The translations under genes were made by a program, and so were the position numbers. Below the pieces are notes generated by a model. That model worked only from the letters and a program-made list of their open reading frames with translations, was not told the origin of the DNA and ran no database searches. Of a DNA stretch of 64,000 nt, positions 28,320-39,007 are shown in pieces (position 1 is the first letter of the stretch; every line of letters starts with the position of its first letter). The DNA comes from Arcobacter sp. (GTDB taxonomy: Bacteria > Campylobacterota > Campylobacteria > Campylobacterales > Arcobacteraceae): NCBI RefSeq assembly GCF_050294675.1, contig NZ_JBNKON010000032.1; one strand, given 5' to 3'.

Positions 28320-30431
28320 TTAGAACTCTACAGTTCCTTCAATTGAGAAATTAGCTTTAGAATCAAGCTCAGCATGACTTAATACTGCAATTTCTAAACC
28401 AAATTTTTCATATATTTCAGAAATTCTTTTTCTAAGTACTGGGTCAACCACCATAGCAACTTTATTGAAACCTCTTGCTTCAATATTTTTTATCATCTCT
28501 TTTGTACTTGTAACTAAGCTATTTATTTCACCAATTGATAACATTAATTGTGAAGCTCCACCTTTATCTTGGAGTTTTCCAATAAATTGCTGTTCTAATT
28601 CTGGTTTAATTGTAATAATATGTAAAATATTATCACTATCTAAATATCTATTTGTAATAAGTCTATATAATTTACTTCGTACATGCTCCAATAATACATC
28701 AGGAACTTTTGTATACTCTGCAATATCTGCAACTGCTTCAATGATTGTAAGCATATCAACAATTGGTATACCTTCATGTAAAAGATCTTTTGCAACTTTT
28801 AATAATGTTCCATGTGAAGTTAATTTCATAGCTTCATCAACTACAATAGGGAAATCTTTTTTTAATCCATCTACTATATCTACAATATCTTGTCTTGTTA
28901 TAATATCTTCAGCATGCCTTTTTATTATCTCTGATATGTGTGTAGAGATAATTGTTGGTGCATCAACAACAGTAAATCCCTTTAAAAGAGCATCATCTTT
29001 TAATTCTGGACTAATCCATGTAGCTTCAAGTCCAAATACAGGTTCTCTTACTTTTTTACCTTCAAGACTTGCCTTACTAGTTCCACCCATTGCCAAAAGT
29101 TTATCAACTTCCACTGTAGCAACAGAAAGAGGTATTCTTTTTAAATATAAAGCATATTCATTTGAATTTAAAGTAACCTCATCTGAAATTTTAATTTGTG
29201 GAATTATAAATCCTAAATCAGCAGCAACACTTTTTCTAATCCCTCTAATTTTATCTAATAAATCAGAATTTCCTTGAACCAATTGAAGAAGTCGCATACC
29301 TAGTTTTAACTCTAAAACTTCCATTTTCATAATATTATCAATTACTTCTTTATCATTAGAAGGTTTAGCAGCTTTCTCTTTTTGCTCTTTAATTTTATCA
29401 AGAATATCTTTTTTATCTTCCTCTTCTTTTTTCTTAAAAAAATTAGTTATTCTATTATTTTGTCCACTATCAATCATATAAATTATATAACCAATAAATC
29501 CTAATAAAAATCCCATTACAACTAAAATACCAGATGGGAAACCAGGTATAAATGCAAATAGTAATAAAGCAATACCTAAAAGCATCAATGATTTTGAATC
29601 TTTAACAAGTTGATTAATTGCTTGATCAGCAAATTTATCTTCATCAAGATTAGATCTAGTAATAATAATACCAGTTGCAGTAGATAAAATAAGTGCAGGA
29701 ATTTGTGCTACAAGACCATCACCGATAGTTAAAATTGTAAAGATTTCAGCACTTTCCGCAATTCCTAAATCATGTTGAAAAACACCAATTAATAATCCAC
29801 CAATAATATTTACAACTGTGATTATAATCCCTGCTGTTGCATCCCCTTGAACAAATTTTGAAGACCCGTCCATCGCTCCATAAAAGTTAGCTTCTGCTAT
29901 AAGTTCATGTCTTCGCTCTGTTGCTTCTTTATCATCAATAAATCCTGCATTTAAATCAGCATCAATGGCCATTTGTTTACCAGGCATAGAATCAAGTGTA
30001 AATCTTGCAGTTACTTCTGCAACCCTTGTAGAACCTTTAGTAATAACCATAAAATTTATAAGTACCAAAATAATAAATACGATAATACCAATTACCATAT
30101 TTCCACCAACAACAAAGTTTCCAAAAGCGGCAATAATGGAACTAACAGCATCAGGACCATTATGTCCATCACTTAAAATGGACCTTGTTGTTGCAATATT
30201 TAAAGATAACCTAAATAGTGCAAAAATTAAAATAAGGGTTGGAAATGTGGTTAAATCAGTAGGTTTTTGAATATATAACCCAATAAGTAAAATTAATAAA
30301 GAGATTGATAAGGATAAAATCAAAAAAAAGTCTAATATAAACTTCGGTAATGGAACAATTATAATAGACAATATTGCAACAAAAAATATTACTGCAAATA
30401 AATCTTTTGAAAATATCCTTTTAATATTCAT
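28320..30431 (-). CDS. flhA: flagellar type III export gate protein FlhA
   Basis: 703 aa. N-terminal 8-TM FHIPEP region (FPTLILIFALFRLSLNIATTR, GAMDGSSKFVQGDA) and a C-terminal cytoplasmic domain. Confidence 0.95.
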   Translation of the reverse strand: MNIKRIFSKDLFAVIFFVAILSIIIVPLPKFILDFFLILSLSISLLILLIGLYIQKPTDLTTFPTLILIFALFRLSLNIATTRSILSDGHNGPDAVSSIIAAFGNFVVGGNMVIGIIVFIILVLINFMVITKGSTRVAEVTARFTLDSMPGKQMAIDADLNAGFIDDKEATERRHELIAEANFYGAMDGSSKFVQGDATAGIIITVVNIIGGLLIGVFQHDLGIAESAEIFTILTIGDGLVAQIPALILSTATGIIITRSNLDEDKFADQAINQLVKDSKSLMLLGIALLLFAFIPGFPSGILVVMGFLLGFIGYIIYMIDSGQNNRITNFFKKKEEEDKKDILDKIKEQKEKAAKPSNDKEVIDNIMKMEVLELKLGMRLLQLVQGNSDLLDKIRGIRKSVAADLGFIIPQIKISDEVTLNSNEYALYLKRIPLSVATVEVDKLLAMGGTSKASLEGKKVREPVFGLEATWISPELKDDALLKGFTVVDAPTIISTHISEIIKRHAEDIITRQDIVDIVDGLKKDFPIVVDEAMKLTSHGTLLKVAKDLLHEGIPIVDMLTIIEAVADIAEYTKVPDVLLEHVRSKLYRLITNRYLDSDNILHIITIKPELEQQFIGKLQDKGGASQLMLSIGEINSLVTSTKEMIKNIEARGFNKVAMVVDPVLRKRISEIYEKFGLEIAVLSHAELDSKANFSIEGTVEF

Positions 30432-30451
30432 ATATTAAAAACTGTTTCAAC

Positions 30452-31567
30452 TTAAAGGAAATTAACTAATGATAAGCTATTTGTTTTACTTATAGTTGAA
30501 TAAAGTGTTTTATATATTAACTCTAGCTGTTTTGATTCCATTGCAACTTCAGTTGCATTTGCCATACTATTTTCTGTTGTTAATACATTAAAATGTGTCA
30601 ATTTTGATGTTACTCTTTCATACGCTGTTTCAAAAGTATCATTTCTTCCACCAAGTACACCGTGTGCATTATTTGCAGCACCAAAAGCACTATTTAAATC
30701 TTCTAAAGCTACAGATATTCCATCACCATCATTATTTCTTAAAGCGGTAATAACATCATCGATTGCTTGAAAACTATTATGTTTAACTGTAAAAGTTTTT
30801 TCGCTACCATCCTCATTTGTAGGAAGTTCTGTAATAGTATGTACTTTATCAGGAGATTCACCAGTCGTAGTTACTTCTATAAAGTTTTTAGTTAATTTTC
30901 CATCTTCATCATACTCTACAAGTACACTTCCTGCTGCATTTAATTTCCATTCTCTACCATTTTCATCGATGATTCTTTCACCCTCTTTGAAAGTTAATTC
31001 TTGTCCAGAAACAGATTTAGTAACATCGTATGACATAATGTCAAAGCCTGTAACTCCTCTATCTCTGTAAGAGTCAACTTCAACTGCACTTTGTCTTAAA
31101 TTTGGATTTCCATTATAAGTAATTTTTCCATTTTCATCTTTAACAAATGCTTGTACATTTGTTTGAGAACCTGCAAATATATACTCATCTTCAACTCTCT
31201 CATTAACAAGTGTAAAAAGGTTATTTTTAGCACCTTCAATTTGAGTAGCTATCGCTTCCCTAGAAACACTATCATTTGTATCATTTCTACCTTTTACAGT
31301 TTCAGATTTAATGAAGTCTAAAAGATTTTTGATTTCAGCTAATGTTGAATCAGAAACATCATTTTGAGCATTAGTTTTCTCAATTTGAGATTTTAGTCCT
31401 TCATATACATTAAGCTTGTCATTTAAATAAAGTTCTTGAGTATATACCTTTGTATCATCACTTCCCTTATCTATCTTTTTTAAAGTACTCATTTGGTAAT
31501 TATTTTTAATTTGCTGTTGATTTAGCATATCTAATCTATATAGTGTTGATCTGTCTGTATTAATCAT
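30452..31567 (-). CDS. flgL: flagellar hook-filament junction protein FlgL (HAP3)
   Basis: 371 aa. Flagellin-like N-terminus (QMSTLKKIDKGSDD) and a C-terminus ending SLSLVNFL. Shorter than a flagellin. Confidence 0.6.
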   Translation of the reverse strand: MINTDRSTLYRLDMLNQQQIKNNYQMSTLKKIDKGSDDTKVYTQELYLNDKLNVYEGLKSQIEKTNAQNDVSDSTLAEIKNLLDFIKSETVKGRNDTNDSVSREAIATQIEGAKNNLFTLVNERVEDEYIFAGSQTNVQAFVKDENGKITYNGNPNLRQSAVEVDSYRDRGVTGFDIMSYDVTKSVSGQELTFKEGERIIDENGREWKLNAAGSVLVEYDEDGKLTKNFIEVTTTGESPDKVHTITELPTNEDGSEKTFTVKHNSFQAIDDVITALRNNDGDGISVALEDLNSAFGAANNAHGVLGGRNDTFETAYERVTSKLTHFNVLTTENSMANATEVAMESKQLELIYKTLYSTISKTNSLSLVNFL

Positions 31568-32886
31568 TTAATCACCTCCATAAATTGGTTATAAATCTGG
31601 TTAAAGTCATGTTTTTCAGCTGTACCTTGAAAAAGAAAGCTTTTTATTTTCTCTCTTTTTGATAAAGCATCATCTAGCTCTTTATCCATACCTTGTTTAT
31701 AAGCACCCACACGAATTAATATTTCGTTCTCTTTTATAAGCGATAATACTCTTTTTAACTTTAAAAATCCATTATAATGCTCGGGACTAACAACTTTATC
31801 CATTACTCTTGATGCTGATTTTAATAAATCTATAGGCGGATATTGCCCTTGTTCTGTTAATTCTCTTGTTAATACAATATGTCCATCAAGTATAGATCTA
31901 CTTTGGTCAGCAATTGGGTCATTCATATCATCACCATCAACCAAAACTGTAAAGAATGCCGTAATAGAGCCTTTTTGTGTATTTCCAGCTCTCTCCATCA
32001 ATTGGGGTAAAAGAGCAAAAACTGAAGGTGGATATCCTCGACTTACAGGTGGTTCTCCTATACTAAGTCCTATCTCCCTTTGAGCCATTGCAAATCTAGT
32101 TACAGAATCCATCATAAGTAAAACATCATGGCCTTTGTCCCTAAAAAATTCTGCAATTGCCATAGCAGTAAATGCACCATATTTCCTCATAAGTGCAGAT
32201 TCATCAGAAGTTGCAGCGATTATTATTGTATTTTCTAGATTATTATTTAGATTATAATGAATAAATTCAGGAATTTCTCTTCCCCTCTCACCAATTAGTG
32301 CTACAACTTTTATCTGTGCTTCACACCCCTTTACTATCATACCCATCAAAGTAGATTTACCAACACCACTTCCAGCAAAAATTCCTATTTTCTGACCTTT
32401 TCCAGAAGTTAGCATTGAATCTATTGCTTTAACACCTGTTGAAAATCTTTCATCAATTATTCCTCTCTCTAAAGCTGGAATTGAGAGTTTATTTATTGCT
32501 GAATTTTGTTCTAGTTCTCCAATTTTTCCTTTTTTATCAATGGGTTCACCTAAAGCATTTACAACTCTACCCAACAAACCATAACCACTTTTTACACTAA
32601 GTCCATCTTTTTGTAAAAAAACCTTATCATTTATTCTAAAACCTTCAATAAAAGAGAATGGAACAATTTTAAAGCCATCACTTTCCACTGAAGCAACCAT
32701 CCCTAAAACTGTATATAAGTGCTGTTCAGACTCAATTTTTACAATATCTCCAACAGCAACTTCAATTCCAACTGCTTTAATTGTAGTTGAACTAATATGA
32801 GTAATTCTACCAAAAGGTATTATTAAATTATTTGTATCTATATCATCTATAAATTTATCTATATCTATCATATTACATCTTATCAC
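31564..32886 (-). CDS. fliI: flagellum-specific ATPase FliI
   Basis: 440 aa. Walker A GSGVGKST, Walker B LLMMDS, and F1-beta-like architecture. Confidence 0.95.
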   Translation of the reverse strand: MIRCNMIDIDKFIDDIDTNNLIIPFGRITHISSTTIKAVGIEVAVGDIVKIESEQHLYTVLGMVASVESDGFKIVPFSFIEGFRINDKVFLQKDGLSVKSGYGLLGRVVNALGEPIDKKGKIGELEQNSAINKLSIPALERGIIDERFSTGVKAIDSMLTSGKGQKIGIFAGSGVGKSTLMGMIVKGCEAQIKVVALIGERGREIPEFIHYNLNNNLENTIIIAATSDESALMRKYGAFTAMAIAEFFRDKGHDVLLMMDSVTRFAMAQREIGLSIGEPPVSRGYPPSVFALLPQLMERAGNTQKGSITAFFTVLVDGDDMNDPIADQSRSILDGHIVLTRELTEQGQYPPIDLLKSASRVMDKVVSPEHYNGFLKLKRVLSLIKENEILIRVGAYKQGMDKELDDALSKREKIKSFLFQGTAEKHDFNQIYNQFMEVIK

Positions 32887-34867
32887 ACATATCTTTGTAT
32901 AAAGAGTCTTTAGTATCTTTTATTTCTTTACATTTTAATATAAATTCATCTTTCAAATTATTTAAACCTTCATCATCATAAAATCTTATCAATTCGTAAT
33001 ATACTCGTGCTTTATCATTTGGTTTCATATTTCTAGTATTTTTTATTGAATCTGTTAAAAAAGTAATTCCAGCTGGTATATTATTTTTCTTTTTCTCTAA
33101 CATTGCAAGTTCAATATCAACAAAAGGAGAATAAACAAAAGCTTTTAACTCTTTTTGTTTATTATAAAGTTTTTCCAATACTTTTTCAGCTTCTACTTGT
33201 CTATCTTTTCCTATTAAATACAAATAATATTGATAATAAAAATCTACAATGATAGGATTATTCTCATTTTTTTCAATAAATTCTGGGAATCTTGTTGCAA
33301 AGTAAAAGAATTTTTCCATAGCAATAGAGTCATTTTTTGCAGTATAAACTAAAAATCTATATAAAAACTCTTTTTCTAAAACATCTTTATTATTTACCAT
33401 TTCTACTTTAGAAGAGTAATCCATCGCTTCATCAACTAAACCTAAAGCATATGCCATTCTTTCAAGGTATAAATATAGTGTAGCATCCCTACTTGAATTA
33501 AAAGTCTCTTTTAATAATTCATAAGCTCTTTCATATGGAACTTCAATCAAACACTCAAAAAACTTATATTTTACTTCCTTATCTTCAATTAAAAGCTCTA
33601 AAGTCTCTTTTCTAGAAGTTTTAAGAGCTTTATTCATTAGAAAACATTGATCTTTTTTTAAATAATCTTTTATCAAAGAAACATTAATTTCATCATATAA
33701 AACACCTATGTTTTCATAAGCAAATCTTTGTGTAATTGAGTTTGAGATTTTACTATAAACTTTTTTTGATTTTAAAAGAAATTCATATTTCTTTTCTTTT
33801 TTAAAATTTAATAACTCTTGTAATAAAGCTTTTTGTTTCATAGCTTCTGAGTTAGGATATTTTGAAGCAACTAACTCAGGAGTAATATTTCCCTCACGCA
33901 TTAAAATCTCATCAATAAACATTTTTGACTCTTGAACATATAAACCATCTGGAAATTCACTTAGAATATCTTTATATAACTCTTTTGCCTTAAATAAATA
34001 AAAATTTGTTCCATCATACATGCTCATATAAACATTTGCTAATTTAAATTTAAACTCTTCAATAAACTCACCTTGAGTTGCCCTATTTAAAAGTTCTTTT
34101 AAAATCTCAACTGCAAATTCAGGCATATTTGCAGCAACTAATTTATCAACTTTTTTTAATGCAATAAAAGAATCTTCTGAATAATAATCAATATTTTTAT
34201 CTAAAACCTTCGAAATAAGTTCATAGGCTTTTTCTTTTTGCCCATCTAAAACATAAACATCAAAAAGTTCATCAGCTACAATTGTTGCAACTAAAACGTC
34301 AGTAGTATCAACTAAAATATTGTATAAAGTTTTTATTGCATTTGAATAAGATTTTGTATACTTATAAACCTTTGCCAAATAAATTTTTCCATAGGCATTT
34401 GTAATTTTGTCAGAAAAATTGTTTATGATGATTTCAGCAAAATATTTTGCCTCTTTTACTCTGTTTGTATCTAACTTAAAATCTACCATAAGCATATATG
34501 CTTTTGCTAAATCTTCTTCTTGAATTTGACCTGTGTTAATAGCTAGTTCTAATTCGTTTGAAGCTTCAGAAACTATTCTTTTTGTCTCTTTTTTAAGAGC
34601 TATTTCTGAATATGTAAGAATAATATCTGAGTTTAGGATTTTTATTTTATTTTGTTCTTTAAAGTTTTTAATTTCTGCATATGCTTCATCTATTTTACCA
34701 TCTCTTGCCATTTTTTTTATTTGCTGTAAAAGTTCAAATCCATCTTTTATATCATTTTTCATTTTTTCAGATATTTGAACGCCTGATGGGTTTATAAAAC
34801 TATAATAAAAATCTACTTTTGCGTTTGAAAATGTAAATAGTAAAAATAATATCAATAAAAACTTCAA
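32873..34867 (-). CDS. secreted TPR-like helical-repeat protein embedded between flhB and fliI
   Basis: 664 aa. Signal peptide MKFLLILFLLFTFSNA. It is all-helical with repeated A/Y/L-patterned about-34-aa units (e.g. IYLAKVYKYTKSYSNAIKTLYNIL). There is a 3-nt gap to flhB and a 14-nt overlap with fliI. Confidence 0.5.
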   Translation of the reverse strand: MKFLLILFLLFTFSNAKVDFYYSFINPSGVQISEKMKNDIKDGFELLQQIKKMARDGKIDEAYAEIKNFKEQNKIKILNSDIILTYSEIALKKETKRIVSEASNELELAINTGQIQEEDLAKAYMLMVDFKLDTNRVKEAKYFAEIIINNFSDKITNAYGKIYLAKVYKYTKSYSNAIKTLYNILVDTTDVLVATIVADELFDVYVLDGQKEKAYELISKVLDKNIDYYSEDSFIALKKVDKLVAANMPEFAVEILKELLNRATQGEFIEEFKFKLANVYMSMYDGTNFYLFKAKELYKDILSEFPDGLYVQESKMFIDEILMREGNITPELVASKYPNSEAMKQKALLQELLNFKKEKKYEFLLKSKKVYSKISNSITQRFAYENIGVLYDEINVSLIKDYLKKDQCFLMNKALKTSRKETLELLIEDKEVKYKFFECLIEVPYERAYELLKETFNSSRDATLYLYLERMAYALGLVDEAMDYSSKVEMVNNKDVLEKEFLYRFLVYTAKNDSIAMEKFFYFATRFPEFIEKNENNPIIVDFYYQYYLYLIGKDRQVEAEKVLEKLYNKQKELKAFVYSPFVDIELAMLEKKKNNIPAGITFLTDSIKNTRNMKPNDKARVYYELIRFYDDEGLNNLKDEFILKCKEIKDTKDSLYKDMCDKM

Positions 34868-34870
34868 AAT

Positions 34871-35920
34871 TTACCTTTTATTTTTATTTAATTCATATAC
34901 ATATGAGAATACTTCAGCCATAGCCTTATAAAACTCTGATGGTATCTCTTGATCAACTTCAATTTGATCATATAAAGCCCTTGCTAAAGCTGGATTCTCA
35001 ATTATTGGAATATTATTCTCTTTAGCAATATCCCTAATTTTTAAAGCTAAAAAGTCAATTCCTTTTGCAACAATTTTTGGTGCAGAATCAACACTACTAT
35101 CATATTTTAATCCAACTGAATAGTGGGTTGGATTTGTTATTACAACGTCTGCATCTTTTGCATTGGATCTCATTCTTTCAAAGTGCAATTGAAATTGAAT
35201 ATTTCTAATTTTTGCTTTTACTTTTGGATCCCCTTCCATATTCTTATGTTCATCTTTTACCTCTTGTTTAGTCATTTTAAGAGATTTAATATAATAATGT
35301 TTCATAAAAAAGAAATCTATTATAGCAAATATTATTACTATAAATAATATAGCTTCTAAAAAATAAAGCAAAAGTATAAACATTGAATCCAATGATGTGG
35401 AAATATCTTTATCCATCATTGCAATAAAACCTTTATATGTAAGACCAAATAAAATTGCCATTACAAAAACAATCAATGATAATTTTGCTAAAAGTTTTAC
35501 TCCCTCTAATAATTTTTTTAAAGAAAATAGACCTTTAAGTCCTCCAATAGGATTTAATTTACTAAATTTTAATTTTATGGGATTCATTAAAAAACCAAAT
35601 TGTGCAATATTTAAAATTACCGCCAATATAATAACAAGTAGAAAGAATGGAGCCAATGCATAAAAAATTTGATACATTATAAAATATACAATATCATAAT
35701 AATCTCTACCAGTTAACTCTTGTCCTATTTGATTAAAAATATATATCATAAGACCTTTTATGGATGTATAAGTATAACTACTCCAAAAAAGCATATAAAC
35801 AGTACCAAATAAAAGAATAGTAGCCCCTACTACTTCTGCTGATTTAGGGACATTACCATCACCTCTTGCTTTACTTAACCTCTTGGCGGTGGGGTCTTCG
35901 GTTTTTTCTTCTTCTGACAT
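34871..35920 (-). CDS. flhB: flagellar export switch protein FlhB
   Basis: Start taken at MSEEEKTEDPTAKRLSKARGDG (GGAGG upstream). NPTH autocleavage site in VVITNPTHYSV. The track ORF extends to 35986 and would overlap fliR. Confidence 0.95.
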   Translation of the reverse strand: MSEEEKTEDPTAKRLSKARGDGNVPKSAEVVGATILLFGTVYMLFWSSYTYTSIKGLMIYIFNQIGQELTGRDYYDIVYFIMYQIFYALAPFFLLVIILAVILNIAQFGFLMNPIKLKFSKLNPIGGLKGLFSLKKLLEGVKLLAKLSLIVFVMAILFGLTYKGFIAMMDKDISTSLDSMFILLLYFLEAILFIVIIFAIIDFFFMKHYYIKSLKMTKQEVKDEHKNMEGDPKVKAKIRNIQFQLHFERMRSNAKDADVVITNPTHYSVGLKYDSSVDSAPKIVAKGIDFLALKIRDIAKENNIPIIENPALARALYDQIEVDQEIPSEFYKAMAEVFSYVYELNKNKR

Positions 35921-35930
35921 AATACCCCTC

Positions 35931-36680
35931 CTATTGAAATTTTGTGATAAAGTAATTGGTAAAAGCCTCAGTAAAGACTTCAACACCTAACATAATAAAT
36001 AACATAATTAAAGCAAATTTTAACTGAAAAGTAATAACAAAAGGTGAAAAAGCAGGCATAGATTTTGTGCCATATGCATAATATATATCAATAACAAAAC
36101 CAATAAAAAATAAAGGGAAAGCAAAGGCAAAAGTAAAAGCAAACATTCTGTTAATTTCATCTACTAACATCTTTATACCATCATATGAAAATATATTAAA
36201 GGAACCTAAATGAACAAATGAAAAACTTTTTGCTAAAATAGAAAAAGTCATCTCATACATCCCTGATTCAAAAAAAACTGCAAGTCCTATATAAAACATC
36301 AGTCTAGCTAATATCCCTTCATTTGTTCCAGAGGCTGGATCAAAGAAACTTGCCATTGCTAGTGCAGTTGCATAACCTACAAATTCTCCAATCATTTTTA
36401 CTGCATTAAAAATTATATTAACTAACATTGAAGCAACTAATCCCAATGTCGATTCTGAAATTATTGCCAACAAAAAATTATCTGAAGTTACTTGTGATTG
36501 TATATCAATTAGTGGAAATAAAAATATAGTAACATAAAATGCAAAAGCTGCTCGAATTGTGACAGTAACTGCCTTATGTCCAAAAATAGGCATAAGTGCC
36601 ATAAATGCAAGAATTCTAGCAAAAAGTAAAGTAAAGTTAATTACAACATTTTCATTTAATAAAGATAATAAAGCTTCCAT
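35931..36680 (-). CDS. fliR: flagellar export apparatus protein FliR
   Basis: 249 aa polytopic protein with a typical FliR N-terminus (LLFARILAFMALMPIFG). Confidence 0.85.
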   Translation of the reverse strand: MEALLSLLNENVVINFTLLFARILAFMALMPIFGHKAVTVTIRAAFAFYVTIFLFPLIDIQSQVTSDNFLLAIISESTLGLVASMLVNIIFNAVKMIGEFVGYATALAMASFFDPASGTNEGILARLMFYIGLAVFFESGMYEMTFSILAKSFSFVHLGSFNIFSYDGIKMLVDEINRMFAFTFAFAFPLFFIGFVIDIYYAYGTKSMPAFSPFVITFQLKFALIMLFIMLGVEVFTEAFTNYFITKFQ

Positions 36681-38515
36681 TAGAGATAATTATAGCTATT
36701 ATCTTCTATTACTTTACTTTCTTCAGTTTTTTTATTTAAAGCTACTGATTGATTTGAATTTTGCTCTTTATTATGCATGTTTTGATTATCTGAAAAACTT
36801 TCACTATTATCAAAATCACTAAAATCTAAATCAAATGAAGTTGCATTTCCTGCAAAACTTTTAAATAAACTATCTTTAAGTACTGTTTGATTATCCATCA
36901 AGCTCTCTTTTGTAGAACTATTGGTTGCTTTCATGCTAATAGATAAAGAGTTGTTTCTTTGTTCATTTCTAATTATTACGGCAATTGTTCCCAAAGATGA
37001 AGGATTTAAATTAATTCTAAATGCAGTTACAGGTGGTCTATAATTTTCATACATTACCCTAGCCATATCAGACATCATAGCAGCCATTTGTTGACGAGCT
37101 CCTATTATTCTATTTTGTATAGTTTGAGCTGCAGCTGAACTTACTGTTAAATTAACAAGTTTAGAATCTTTTAACTCATCATCGAAGATTTTACTTTGTA
37201 CTAAAAAGCTACCACCCTCTTTTTTTGAGTGCTGTTCTTTAGAGTTTTTTGAATTATCTGAACTATTTTTCAAAATAGCCAATCTATCAAAAGTTGAAGA
37301 TAATTTTGTCTCAATTTGCTGTTCAACTGGTTTTTCAATTTTAACTTCTACTTTTTCTAAACCAAGATTTAAAACCTTTGCACTATTTTCAATATCTTTT
37401 GTTGAAGTTGCATTTTTTGCAAGTTGAACACCCTCATGTTTTATCTCTAAGTTTTTATTATCTATCGATTTTTTTTGACTACTCATATAAATATTTGTCA
37501 GTAAATCATTTTTTGATTTTGCTACGTCTAATTGCTCGTTATTATTTTTTAATAACTCTTCTAATGACAAATTCTGTTTATTTAATCTATCAGTTTTTAT
37601 TATCTCTTTCTTATTTTTATTTAATATTTTATCAATTAATGATTCACTTTTTTTATTTGTATCTTTTTGAGATAATATTTCTTCTTTATTTAGCTCTATT
37701 TTTTCATTTGATAAATCTAAATTTAATTTTGATAACTCATTTGCTACTTTTTCATTTTTAACTTCATTGGAAGATATTTTTGTAGCATTATTTTCTTTTA
37801 CGTTGTCTTTTAAATTTTGCTCTTTATTGTTTTGTAAAACTGTATTTTCATTCTTTTTATTATTTTCAGCGATTTTATCTATATTTGAATCTAAATCTTT
37901 TTTTACTATATTTTGAGAGATTGAAGTTTCATCAACATTTTCTTTTTTAATATTTAAAATACTTTCTGAAGTTTTTTTATCCTTAACAACTTTATCTTTA
38001 TTTTCTAAAGGGAGTTCTACTTTTTCTTGAGTATTTTCTACTAGCTCATTTATTTTAGGTTCAGTTATCGTTGTTTTTACTTCTTGTTTTACTACATTCT
38101 CTTTTGTATTTTCTGTTTTCTCTTTTTTTTCTTCTTTTATATTCTCTGTTTTTACTTCTATTTTTGGATTTACTTCTTTTACATTAGCTTTTGTCTCTTG
38201 TACTAATCTATCCATTAACGAAGTTGTTTTTACTTCTTGTTTTACAACATTCTCTTTTATATTTTCTGTTTTCTCTTTTTTCTCTTCTTTTATATTCTCT
38301 GTTTTTACTTCTATTTTTGGATTTACTTCTTTTACATTAGCTTTTGTCTGTGAAGATAGTTTTTCTTTTGGATTTTCAATATCAGATTTAGCATCAGATA
38401 GCATTTTATCAAATAATGAACTTCCCTCTTTTTTAGGAGTATTTTGGGAAACTTTAGAATTACTTGAAATTTCTTTTGGGTTCGAGGGAACTAAAAGTTC
38501 TAATTCATTACTCAT
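36680..38515 (-). CDS. fliK: flagellar hook-length control protein FliK
   Basis: 611 aa. Low-complexity K/E/N/S-rich N-terminal ruler region. C-terminal Flg_hook-type domain (FRINLNPSSLGTIAVIIRNEQ). Sits between flgC and fliR. Confidence 0.75.
   Translation of the reverse strand: MSNELELLVPSNPKEISSNSKVSQNTPKKEGSSLFDKMLSDAKSDIENPKEKLSSQTKANVKEVNPKIEVKTENIKEEKKEKTENIKENVVKQEVKTTSLMDRLVQETKANVKEVNPKIEVKTENIKEEKKEKTENTKENVVKQEVKTTITEPKINELVENTQEKVELPLENKDKVVKDKKTSESILNIKKENVDETSISQNIVKKDLDSNIDKIAENNKKNENTVLQNNKEQNLKDNVKENNATKISSNEVKNEKVANELSKLNLDLSNEKIELNKEEILSQKDTNKKSESLIDKILNKNKKEIIKTDRLNKQNLSLEELLKNNNEQLDVAKSKNDLLTNIYMSSQKKSIDNKNLEIKHEGVQLAKNATSTKDIENSAKVLNLGLEKVEVKIEKPVEQQIETKLSSTFDRLAILKNSSDNSKNSKEQHSKKEGGSFLVQSKIFDDELKDSKLVNLTVSSAAAQTIQNRIIGARQQMAAMMSDMARVMYENYRPPVTAFRINLNPSSLGTIAVIIRNEQRNNSLSISMKATNSSTKESLMDNQTVLKDSLFKSFAGNATSFDLDFSDFDNSESFSDNQNMHNKEQNSNQSVALNKKTEESKVIEDNSYNYL
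38071..38349 (-). repeat. direct duplication inside fliK: two 126-nt near-identical copies, 153-nt (51-aa) period
   Basis: 38071-38196 and 38224-38349 differ by only a few substitutions. The protein reads TKANVKEVNPKIEVKTENIKEEKKEKTENI/TKENVVKQEVKTT twice. Confidence 0.9.
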
Positions 38516-38536
38516 TATTTGTCCTTATATGGATCT

Positions 38537-38995
38537 CTATCTTAATATCTCTAGTGTTTTTGAATCAATTGATTTATGTGTAGTAAAAGCAGAAACATTT
38601 GCCTCATAAGATCTCATAGCTTCAATTAAATCAACCATTTCAATTACTGGATTGATATTTGGATAAGCAACATAACCATCTTCATTTGCATCTGGATGAT
38701 CAGGCTCAAATTTCATAATAGGTTCTTCTTTAGATTCAACTATTTGCTTTATTCCAACACCACTTAAATTTTTATTAGGTAAAGGTGTTTCTTTATCTTG
38801 AATTGGACTTGCAGCTAGTTTTTCTTTCTCACTTAAAAGCATCTCTTGAAAAACTACATTTTGTTTTTTATATGGACCACCATCTGTAGAATGAGTAGTT
38901 TGAGCATTTGCAATATTTGCACTTACCACATTAATTCTAGTTCTTTGTGCACTCATTCCTGAACTTGCAATATTATATCCATCAAAAAAACCCAT
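38537..38995 (-). CDS. flgC: flagellar basal-body rod protein FlgC
   Basis: 152 aa. GMSAQRTRINVVSANIANAQTT at the N-terminus and MVDLIEAMRSYEAN at the C-terminus. Confidence 0.9.
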   Translation of the reverse strand: MGFFDGYNIASSGMSAQRTRINVVSANIANAQTTHSTDGGPYKKQNVVFQEMLLSEKEKLAASPIQDKETPLPNKNLSGVGIKQIVESKEEPIMKFEPDHPDANEDGYVAYPNINPVIEMVDLIEAMRSYEANVSAFTTHKSIDSKTLEILR

Positions 38996-39007
38996 AATTA
39001 ACTCCTA

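Noticed and set aside
28465-29277. 270-aa plus-strand ORF, and a 101-aa ORF at 29965-30270
   Set aside because: Both lie entirely antisense inside the strongly supported flhA gene. Their sequence is low-complexity and S/I/F-rich with no motifs. These are typical shadow ORFs of an AT-rich genome.
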